Origin: Dehalococcoidia bacterium
GTDB lineage: Bacteria > Chloroflexota > Dehalococcoidia > Lucifugimonadales > VXLM01
Assembly: GCA_963662435.1 (NCBI GenBank)
Contig: OY759598.1
Coordinates: 3,690,507-3,754,506 of the forward strand
DNA length: 64,000 nt
Direction: 5' to 3'
Shown here: one piece after another, positions 9,866-17,889 of the stretch
How positions within the stretch are numbered: position 1 is the first letter of the stretch
Layout: the number at the start of each line of letters is the position of its first letter
Notes under the pieces: generated by a model
Databases searched by the model: none
What the model saw: the letters and a program-made list of their open reading frames with translations, nothing else
What the model was told of the DNA's origin: nothing
Made by a program: the position numbers and the translations under genes

Positions 9866-10132
9866 TTGACGTTTGACGCCGCCATAGTTGAGGAGGCGCT
9901 GAGCCTGACGGCCATCGGGGTGAGCACGGCCTTCGCGCTGCTGCTGTCACTCTCTCTGGGCGTCTGGGTAGTCGGAAGGTTATTTGGGCCTAAGCAGGTC
10001 TCCACAGAAGCGACGGATGCGTCATCTGCGGAGAGGCGCGACAAGGCCCTCGCGGCGGCTATAGCAGTCAGCGCTCTCCGCGAAATTCGAGACAACTCGG
10101 CGACGCTTCCAACACCATCATCAGGCAACTAG
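9866..10132 (+). CDS. OadG-like small membrane subunit of a Na+-translocating decarboxylase
   Basis: 3' end of track ORF 8759..10132; TTG at 9866 behind AGGAG; one hydrophobic helix (LTAIGVSTAFALLLSL) and an AAAIAV tail; directly upstream of the beta subunit. Confidence 0.75.
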   Translation: MTFDAAIVEEALSLTAIGVSTAFALLLSLSLGVWVVGRLFGPKQVSTEATDASSAERRDKALAAAIAVSALREIRDNSATLPTPSSGN

Positions 10133-10156
10133 CCTCTCTCTTCACCGTAACCGTCA

Positions 10157-11308
10157 TTGGCTGAATTCATCGACTTCCTCGAATCAACCGGCTTTGCCAA
10201 CATCACGTGGCAGCAGGGGCTCATGATCCTCCTTGGACTGGGGTTCATCTTCCTTGCAGTCGCGAGGAACATGGAGCCGTACGAGCTCCTGCCCATCGGG
10301 CTGGGTATCGTCGCTGTCAACATGCCGCTGACGGGGCTGACGACCCTGCCCACGGAAGCGACCGGCGTCCAGGAGGCGGGCCTCTTCGGCATAACGTTCC
10401 ACTATGGATTGGCCTTCTGGAACATCCTGCCTCCGCTGATGTTCCTCGGACTTGGAGCCGGGACGGACTTCGGGCCGATGATCGCCAACCCCAAGACGCT
10501 GCTGCTGGGCGCCGCCGCTCAGATTGGCATCTTCGCGGCGTTCTGGGGTGCGTTGGCAACAGGGCTGTTCGAGATTCCCGAGGCGGCCTCCATCGGCATC
10601 ATCGGCGGTGCGGACGGACCGACGACCATCTTCATCTCAGCCAAGCTCGCGCCCGAACTTCTCGGCATCACTGCCGTCATCGCCTACTCCTACGTGGCTA
10701 CCGTCGCGTTCGTGCAGCCTCCCATCATGAAGCTGTTCACGACAAAGGCGGAGCGGGAGATCGAGATGAAGCCGCTGCGCGACGTCACGCGCCGTGAGAA
10801 GCTCATCATCCCGACGTTTGTAATGATCGTGGTGATCCTCGTAGTGCCCCGATCAGCACCCCTGATCTCGATGTTCATGATCGGCAACCTGCTCAAGGAA
10901 AGCGGAGTCGTCCCCCGGCTAGTCCAGGCGTCCACGGACGTGATCCTCTACGTCTCGACGATCTTCCTGATGCTGACCATCGGCGCGCAGCTCGTGGCCG
11001 AGAGAGTGTTCGACCTGGAAACGCTGGCCATCCTCGGACTCGGACTCATCGCCTTCTGCGCGGGCACGGCCAGTGGCGTGATCTTCGCCAAGATCATGAA
11101 CCTGTTCCTCAATGAGAAGATCAACCCCCTCATCGGCTCGGCGGGAGTCTCTGCCGTCCCCATGGCGGCGAGGACGTCACATCACCTCGGCCAGGAGGCG
11201 AATCCCAAGAACTTCCTGCTATACCACGCCATGGGTCCCAACGCCGCGGGCGTCATCGGCTCCGCTGCCGTGGCGGGCGTATTCCTGGCGCTGATTCAGA
11301 CGGGATAG
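10157..11308 (+). CDS. Na+-translocating decarboxylase beta subunit (OadB/MmdB/GcdB family)
   Basis: EPYELLPIG, LLGAAAQIGIF, IGIIGGADGPT, NPLIGSAGVSAVPMAAR and HAMGPN motifs. Confidence 0.96.
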   Translation: MAEFIDFLESTGFANITWQQGLMILLGLGFIFLAVARNMEPYELLPIGLGIVAVNMPLTGLTTLPTEATGVQEAGLFGITFHYGLAFWNILPPLMFLGLGAGTDFGPMIANPKTLLLGAAAQIGIFAAFWGALATGLFEIPEAASIGIIGGADGPTTIFISAKLAPELLGITAVIAYSYVATVAFVQPPIMKLFTTKAEREIEMKPLRDVTRREKLIIPTFVMIVVILVVPRSAPLISMFMIGNLLKESGVVPRLVQASTDVILYVSTIFLMLTIGAQLVAERVFDLETLAILGLGLIAFCAGTASGVIFAKIMNLFLNEKINPLIGSAGVSAVPMAARTSHHLGQEANPKNFLLYHAMGPNAAGVIGSAAVAGVFLALIQTG

Positions 11309-11321
11309 CTGCAAGTACGTT

Positions 11322-11777
11322 ATGGCTAATACGCTGCGGGTCAGAATCGGAGAGCGATGGTACACCGTTGAGGTGGGCGACCTCGACGAGTTTCCCATTC
11401 AGGCAGTCGTTGACGGCGAGCTGGTAGAGGTCGAGATGGGCGACATGCCCTCAGCGATGTCGCCTCAGACCGATGCTGCCGACCTGCCCGTCCAGCCGAG
11501 CGAGCCGTCGCAGCCCTCTACAGCGCCAGAACGGGCTCCCCGTCCTGCAGCCTCCGGGGAATCAAGCAGAACATTCAAAACGCCGATGCCAGGCGTGATC
11601 GTATCCGTCGCTGTGAAAGAGGGCGATCAGGTGGTGACCGGAGACCCGATCTGCATCCTCGAGGCGATGAAGATGCAACAGACGCTCAGGGCCGACTGGT
11701 CGGGCATCGTGCAGACGGTACACGTCACCGCCGGTGACCAGGTCGTGGACGGTCAGGCGATAGCCGACTTGGAGTAA
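11322..11777 (+). CDS. Biotin carboxyl carrier protein
   Basis: EAMKM biotinylation motif, PMPG, Pro/Ala-rich linker. Confidence 0.93.
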   Translation: MANTLRVRIGERWYTVEVGDLDEFPIQAVVDGELVEVEMGDMPSAMSPQTDAADLPVQPSEPSQPSTAPERAPRPAASGESSRTFKTPMPGVIVSVAVKEGDQVVTGDPICILEAMKMQQTLRADWSGIVQTVHVTAGDQVVDGQAIADLE

Positions 11778-11786
11778 GGGTAGCGT

Positions 11787-11826
11787 CCCCCTCTCCCATT
11801 CGCGGGAGAGGGCTGGGGTGAGGGTG
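11787..11826. repeat. REP-like palindrome CCCTCTCCC-N5/6-GGGAGAGGG..GGGTGAGGG
   Basis: Hairpin between convergent genes; related copies at 14998-15036, 54339-54377 and 57109-57143. Confidence 0.8.
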
Positions 11827-11874
11827 AATACCTACCCCTGTCAGCCAGCCGGGGGAGAGACTGCTCATAGCTCT

Positions 11875-13074
11875 CTACGTACTACCCGCCCCGATCACCC
11901 CGTCGCGCTCATACTCATCCAACTCGCCATCTCCCAGGAACTGCGACAGCACCTCGCGGGTGTGCTCGCCCAATAGCGGCGGTGGTCCCTGCGGCTCTGC
12001 AGGCGTCCGGCTCATGTACTGGAGCGAGTTCGCCATGACCGGCAGGTCGCCGATGGTGGGGTGCTCGACGCTCCAGACCACTTGGCGCGCCTTGGCCTGC
12101 TTGTCGGCGAGGGTCTCGTCGAAGGTGTTGATCGGTCCAGAGGTGATGCCGACCTCGGTCAGCGCGTCGATCCACTCCTGCCGGTCCTTCGTCTGAAATC
12201 GGCCGGCCAGCACGGGTATCAACTCGTCCTTGTTGGCCAGGCGGGCGGCGTTCGTCTCGAACCGCGGGTCCTCGTGGATCGCGGGAAGGTCGATGATGGG
12301 CGCGAGCTTCTGGAACATCCCGTCGTTCATCACGGCGAGCATGAACCAGCGCCCATCCCCCGCTTCGAAAGCCTCGTAGGGGCATATCTGCGGGTGTGCG
12401 CTCCCGTATCGCTGGGGCGCCTCGCCAGTGGCAATGTAGTTCTGCGCCACGTTGACCATGCCCATGATGCCGGTGTCGAACAGCGACAGATCGATGTGCT
12501 GTCCGAGTCCGGTCCTGTCGCGCTCGCGGAGTGCGGCGAGTATGCCCGTGACCGCGAGCGTGCCGGTCAGCAGATCGATGGACGCGATGCCGGACTTCGA
12601 CGGCGGACGGTCTGGCTCACCCGTGACGCTCATTAGCCCGATCATCCCCTGCAGTGAGGTGTCGACCCCGGGCTCGTAGGCGCGTGGTCCCGTGTGACCG
12701 TACCCGGTTATCGATGCGTAGACGATGCGCGGGTTGATCCGCTCGATCGTTGCGTAGTCCAAGCCGTACCGCGCCAGGTCGCCGGTCTTGAAATTCTCGA
12801 CTACGACGTCCGCCTCTGCCGCCATCCGCTGTACGAGACGCTGACCCCGCTCATCCTTGAGGTTGACGCAGATGCTCTTCTTTCCCCGGTTGATGGAGAG
12901 GAAGTATGACGACTCCGTCTTCATGAACGGTGGCCCAAGCCGGCGCGTGTCGTCTCCCCGCGGCGATTCGATCTTCCAGATCGTCGCGCCGAGGTCGGAG
13001 AGTATCTGCGTGGAGAACGGGCCGGCGAGCACGCGAGACAGGTCGAGGACCTTCAGGTCTCCAAGAGCCTTCAC
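11875..13074 (-). CDS. Family III CoA-transferase (CaiB/BaiF)
   Basis: VLDLSRVLAGP, GDDTR, NRGKKS, ADVVVENF and PPLLGEHT motifs. Confidence 0.95.
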   Translation of the reverse strand: MKALGDLKVLDLSRVLAGPFSTQILSDLGATIWKIESPRGDDTRRLGPPFMKTESSYFLSINRGKKSICVNLKDERGQRLVQRMAAEADVVVENFKTGDLARYGLDYATIERINPRIVYASITGYGHTGPRAYEPGVDTSLQGMIGLMSVTGEPDRPPSKSGIASIDLLTGTLAVTGILAALRERDRTGLGQHIDLSLFDTGIMGMVNVAQNYIATGEAPQRYGSAHPQICPYEAFEAGDGRWFMLAVMNDGMFQKLAPIIDLPAIHEDPRFETNAARLANKDELIPVLAGRFQTKDRQEWIDALTEVGITSGPINTFDETLADKQAKARQVVWSVEHPTIGDLPVMANSLQYMSRTPAEPQGPPPLLGEHTREVLSQFLGDGELDEYERDGVIGAGST

Positions 13075-13174
13075 GTGTTGTACATCCTTCGGTTGAAATG
13101 GCGCGCCGCCTCGCGCGGCGGCAACGATTCGTCGACTCGTCGGTGCGGGCCGACTAGATCATTCTGCCATAACC

Positions 13175-13879
13175 GTGCGACTCTTGGTATACTTTGGCTC
13201 GCGGAATACGGACATGTCGACACACCCGATACGCATTGGAAGCAAAGTCGCTGACTATCCGGCAGAACTGCGCGGCGAGGGTATCGTCGCGTCACTGGCG
13301 GCCAGCATTTCGGATATGAAAACGGCGTCCGACTACGAGGGAGTGGACCTTGCTCTCTTGGACACCACGACGATGGCGGACGCCACGGTCAAGGCGTGTC
13401 TTCAGGAATTCACGAGGTTGAAGGTCCCCACAATCGCATTGGTGCCCGAGCACGGAATCGGCATGTTCGACCACTCGCTCCCCGTTGCGGACGTGATGGT
13501 CGTGCCCGCCCGGCTGGGGGAGATAATTCTTCGCGCGCGCCGTGTACTGAGTTCCCGCCCGGAAAAGAGCGACAGCGTCGTGCGAGCGGGTGACCTTTCG
13601 ATCAATCACACGAACTACGAAGTTACCGTGAGTGGGCGGAGCGTGAACCTCCGCTACAAGGAATATGAGCTGCTCCTGCTGATGGCAACGAATCCGGGCA
13701 GGGTGTACACGCGAGAACAGCTCCTCGAACGCATCTGGGGATACGACTACCTCGGCGGCACGCGCACGGTTGACGTGCACATCCGGCGGCTCCGTAGCAA
13801 GATTGAGGACCGCGACCACCAGTTCATCGAGACGGTCTGGAACGTCGGCTACAAATTCAAGGACCCGTCTGGTTGGTAG
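13175..13879 (+). CDS. OmpR/PhoB-family regulator with atypical receiver domain (GlnR-like)
   Basis: C-terminal winged helix KEYELL...WGYDYLGGTRTVDVHIRRLRSK; degenerate receiver; no adjacent kinase. Start may be 13214. Confidence 0.85.
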   Translation: MRLLVYFGSRNTDMSTHPIRIGSKVADYPAELRGEGIVASLAASISDMKTASDYEGVDLALLDTTTMADATVKACLQEFTRLKVPTIALVPEHGIGMFDHSLPVADVMVVPARLGEIILRARRVLSSRPEKSDSVVRAGDLSINHTNYEVTVSGRSVNLRYKEYELLLLMATNPGRVYTREQLLERIWGYDYLGGTRTVDVHIRRLRSKIEDRDHQFIETVWNVGYKFKDPSGW

Positions 13880-13918
13880 TCGCTAAACGGCAGACAGGAC
13901 ATTCAAACGGAGGCAGAG

Positions 13919-14839
13919 ATGACGCAAGAGCGCGTTGCATACGTAAACGGGGAGATCGTGCCCGAGAGCCAGGCATCGGTCTCTATCAGCGACCGGGGAT
14001 TCATCTTGGGCGACGCCGTGTTCGATACGACCCGTACGTTCGGCCACGAGATATTCCGGTTGGACGAGCACCTCGACAGGCTGTATGAGTCGCTCAGGTG
14101 GATGCGTATCGATCCGCAGATGACGAAAGACGAGATGTCCGACCTCACGATGGAAGTGCTCGAACGCAACCTTCCGACCGTGGAGGAGCACGACGACATC
14201 TGGGTGACGCAGCGAGTGACGCGTGGCCTTCGACTGGCGGGCGGAGACATCCAGTCCGCGGCCGACCGTCCCACCATCATCATCGAGTGCTTCCCCATCC
14301 CCTTTAAGGAGCGCGCGCACTACTACCGCGACGGCATGCCCATCATCACCCCCTCCGTGCGTAGAACGCCGCCCGACGCGATGAGTCCCAGGGCAAAGAC
14401 CCACAACTATATCAACCTCATCCAGGCCGACATGGAGGCGCGCGCGCAGGATTCGAACGCCTACGCCATCCTGCTCGACATGAATGGCAACCTGTGCGAG
14501 GGGAACGGCAGCAACATCTTCCTCGTCAAGGATGGCGCCATCCGCACGCCGAAGAGCCAGTTTGTGCTGGGCGGCATCAGCCGACAGGCGACCATGGATC
14601 TGGCGCACGAGCTTGGCATCGAGACGACGGAGGATGACATCGACGTGTTCGACGCCTACACGGCGGACGAGATATTCGTCACATCTACGAGCCTGTGCAT
14701 CTGCCCTGTATCAACCTTCAACGGGGCGTCCCTCGGCGAGGGCGGCATGCCCGGCCCGGTGACCGACCGTCTGCAAAAGGCCTACAGCGGCCTCGTCGGC
14801 ATTGACACCGTCGCCCAGTACACCCGCTGGCTGGAGTGA
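13919..14839 (+). CDS. PLP-dependent aminotransferase class IV
   Basis: DRGFILGDAVFD, HLDRL, AKTHNY, EGNGSNIF, LGGISR and ADEIF motifs. Confidence 0.93.
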   Translation: MTQERVAYVNGEIVPESQASVSISDRGFILGDAVFDTTRTFGHEIFRLDEHLDRLYESLRWMRIDPQMTKDEMSDLTMEVLERNLPTVEEHDDIWVTQRVTRGLRLAGGDIQSAADRPTIIIECFPIPFKERAHYYRDGMPIITPSVRRTPPDAMSPRAKTHNYINLIQADMEARAQDSNAYAILLDMNGNLCEGNGSNIFLVKDGAIRTPKSQFVLGGISRQATMDLAHELGIETTEDDIDVFDAYTADEIFVTSTSLCICPVSTFNGASLGEGGMPGPVTDRLQKAYSGLVGIDTVAQYTRWLE

Positions 14840-14997
14840 ATCGCTCGCAACAGTGTCACCAATTAGTAGCGGCTCCCGCTTGCGTATATCCCCACATATC
14901 CGACATACCGGCGAAGGCCAGTATCCAATGGGGCGCGGGGCTGCGTTCACTAATACCCAGTCTACTTGAATATGATGAACTGGCAAATGCCGCTCTA

Positions 14998-15036
14998 TCC
15001 CATCTCCCATCGTGGGAGAGGGCTAGGGTGAGGGTG
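14998..15036. repeat. REP-like palindrome, same family as 11787-11826
   Basis: CTCCCATCGTGGGAGAGGGCTAGGGTGAGGGTG. Confidence 0.75.
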
Positions 15037-15155
15037 AATAGCAATATCAAAATCATGTGGACCCGGCACTAAAGCCAACTATCGACTGACCTGACGGTCG
15101 CCGCCGGAACTTTTCCCAGTTTGACCGCTCTCGGCGATTCCAGTACCTTTGACCT

Positions 15156-15509
15156 ATGACCAAGTCGTACGCCATGGCCCTCGACCTCCGGGACGATCAG
15201 GCCCTCATCGAGCAGTACATCGTGCATCACCGGGCCGTCTGGCCAGAGGCACTCGACAGCCTGAAGCGTCTCGGCATCGAGAAGATGAAGATCTTCCTTT
15301 TGGGGCGCAGGCTGTTCATGTACGTCGAGGTCCCCGACAACTTCGACTTCCCCGCGGATCTGGCGAGCTACACCGAAGAGCCCCGCGCCAAGGAGTGGGA
15401 CGAGTTCATGCGGGGTTTCCAGGAGAGGGTACCCGGCGCGATGCAAGGAGAGTGGTGGGCGCAGATGGAGCAGGTGTGGGACCTGTACGATTGGCCAAGG
15501 GATGAATAG
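15156..15509 (+). CDS. L-rhamnose mutarotase family protein
   Basis: Y..HH..VWPE, LFMY and W..M motifs; size typical for the family. Confidence 0.88.
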   Translation: MTKSYAMALDLRDDQALIEQYIVHHRAVWPEALDSLKRLGIEKMKIFLLGRRLFMYVEVPDNFDFPADLASYTEEPRAKEWDEFMRGFQERVPGAMQGEWWAQMEQVWDLYDWPRDE

Positions 15510-15555
15510 CGCGGGGCGAGCAAACGGAAACCTTTCATGGTGAGCATTTCAAACC

Positions 15556-16416
15556 ATGAAGCAGGAGCGCATAGTGAGTGACTCGGTTGTGACAGTAGAC
15601 AGTCACCAGCACTACTGGGACATTGACCGGCTGGAGTATCCGTGGATGCCGGAGGGCGACAACGTCCTGCGGCGCAACTACCTGCCGGAGGACCTTGCCC
15701 CTCACCTCGAACGGACGGGGATATCCAAGACCGTCGTCGTGCAGGCGCAGATGACGATGGACGAAGCTGACTTGCTGCTCGATCTCGCCTCGAGCGCTGA
15801 CTCCATCGCGGGCGTTGTCGCGTGGGTAGACCTGACCGACGAGAACGTGGGGGTCTCGCTCGACCGGATGCTGGAGATGCCGAAGTTCGTCGGCATCCGG
15901 CACCAGGTACACGACGAGCCGGACGAGCGGTGGCTTCTCCGGGACGACGTTGTCCGGGGCCTACGCGAACTTGCGCGGCGTGAGCTTGCGTACGATCTCC
16001 TGCTGCAACCCCCGCACCTTAAGCACATCTTGGAGTTGGCCGAACGCGTCCCGGACTTGCAGATGGTCGTCGACCACATCGCCAAGCCGGAAATTGCGGA
16101 TGGACGAATGGAGCCGTGGGCGAAGGATATCGCCAGGGTCGCCGAGATACCGGGTATGTATTGCAAGGTGTCCGGCATGGCGACCGAGGCCAACCCAGCG
16201 ACGTGGCAAACTGAGATCGTGCCCTACGTTTCTCACGTGATCGACTGCTTTGGATTCGACCGTCTCATGTGGGGCAGCGACTGGCCGGTGTGTTTGCTTG
16301 TCGATGGCTACGAGTCGATCAGGGACGGCGCGGTCGCGGCGGTCGGGGACATCGCCCCGGACGACTACGCCAAGCTGATGGGCGGGAACGCCGTACGATT
16401 CTACCGGCTGGCTTAG
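15556..16416 (+). CDS. Amidohydrolase family protein (L-fuconolactonase-like)
   Basis: DSHQHYW, VVVQA, GIRH, DHIAKP, CKVSG and MWGSDWPVC motifs; follows a sugar mutarotase. Confidence 0.88.
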   Translation: MKQERIVSDSVVTVDSHQHYWDIDRLEYPWMPEGDNVLRRNYLPEDLAPHLERTGISKTVVVQAQMTMDEADLLLDLASSADSIAGVVAWVDLTDENVGVSLDRMLEMPKFVGIRHQVHDEPDERWLLRDDVVRGLRELARRELAYDLLLQPPHLKHILELAERVPDLQMVVDHIAKPEIADGRMEPWAKDIARVAEIPGMYCKVSGMATEANPATWQTEIVPYVSHVIDCFGFDRLMWGSDWPVCLLVDGYESIRDGAVAAVGDIAPDDYAKLMGGNAVRFYRLA

Positions 16417-16425
16417 AGCATATCC

Positions 16426-17604
16426 ATGCCGCCGAAGCCACAACGCACCAAGCGCCTCCCGATCTATCGAAACGCGGGGTTTCTCTTCGACACCATCGGC
16501 GAGGCCGCGGACGTGTTCGCGCGGGAGGAGGAGTACCCGCAGAGCGCCGACCGGTTCTCCTACAGCCGCTATGGCAACCCAAACGTCGCCGAGACGGAGG
16601 AGCTTCTTGCTGAGATCGAGGGTGCGGAGTGGGCCGTCCTGACTGGTTCGGGGATGGCGGCCATCGACACTGCCCTCTCAGTCTTCCAACGTGGGCAAGA
16701 CACCGGCCCGTGGCTATTCTTTAGCGAGCTCTACGGCGGAACGAACGATTACATCGAGAACGTCCTCATAGGTAGACGTGGGATCGAGGTTCTCAGATTC
16801 CATCCGGAGGAGGGCGCGGAGAGGTACGACCTCAACCGGTTGGAGGACCTGCTCGACCGCGTACAGCCTTCGCTGGTGTATTTCGAGCCCATCACCAACC
16901 CCCTGCTCATCGTCTCAGACGGCGGCAGGATCATCGAAATGGCGAAAAAGCGGGATATAGCAGCCATCGTGGACAACACCTTCGCGACCTCGCGTCTGTG
17001 GCGTCCACTTGAGCAAGGGGCCGATATCGCCGTTCACAGCGCGACCAAGTACCTCGGCGGACACGGCAACCTGACTGCGGGAGTCGTGTGCGGGGACGAC
17101 TCCGGTTTCCGCAAAGACGCCATGCTGTACCGCAAATACGTCGGGAATACCCTCAGTGCCGACGACGCCTACCGCCTCAATACCCAGGCACGCACGTTCG
17201 GCCTGCGGTTCGCGGCCCAGTGCGAGAACGCCTCGAAGCTGGCAACGGCCATGTCCGGCCATCCAGCCGTAGAGCGCGTCCGGTATCCAGGTCTCGTGTC
17301 CCATCCAACGCACGAAGAGGCCGCAAGAATGTTCGGTGGACGAGGCTTCGGCGCGATGGTGAACGTAGATTTCAAGGGCGGCCGAGCGGCTGCGGACGCA
17401 TTCGTCGAGGCCGTGTCCGACACAATTTCCTACGTCCCGACACTGGGCGATCCGACGACGATCATGCTCCACGTCGCAACGGTCTGGGGCGAGGAGCGCT
17501 TCCCCCATCCGGGGATGGTGCGCATCTCGGTCGGATTCGAGCCATACGATGAGCTGGAGTCAGGAGTGCTGCGTGCTTTGGATGAGGTGGAGCGGACGGA
17601 GTGA
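16426..17604 (+). CDS. Cys/Met metabolism PLP-dependent enzyme (trans-sulfuration family)
   Basis: YSRYGNP, SGMAAI, LYGGT, VDNTFA and HSATKYLGGH motifs. Confidence 0.92.
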   Translation: MPPKPQRTKRLPIYRNAGFLFDTIGEAADVFAREEEYPQSADRFSYSRYGNPNVAETEELLAEIEGAEWAVLTGSGMAAIDTALSVFQRGQDTGPWLFFSELYGGTNDYIENVLIGRRGIEVLRFHPEEGAERYDLNRLEDLLDRVQPSLVYFEPITNPLLIVSDGGRIIEMAKKRDIAAIVDNTFATSRLWRPLEQGADIAVHSATKYLGGHGNLTAGVVCGDDSGFRKDAMLYRKYVGNTLSADDAYRLNTQARTFGLRFAAQCENASKLATAMSGHPAVERVRYPGLVSHPTHEEAARMFGGRGFGAMVNVDFKGGRAAADAFVEAVSDTISYVPTLGDPTTIMLHVATVWGEERFPHPGMVRISVGFEPYDELESGVLRALDEVERTE

Positions 17605-17889
17605 AGCAATTGCCATCTGCATCTTGATTCTCGTTCTCTCTCCTCACATCCACCAACTTTACAATAACGTCGGAAGTGGCTCAAAATGACATATAGTGGC
17701 AAATGTTTTGAGCTCTTTGCCGTGCCTGTGACTTGACCGGCATCATCGTAGTGCAACTGACTCGCTGGTCAGACCACCCAAATGGACAGCACCCAACTCT
17801 CCACCGCGATAGCCGGTCGTCGATTGCGCTACAGAGCCTTTCCTGCTTTAATTCGGACTAGCCAATTTCGCAATACATGAGGTGTACAC

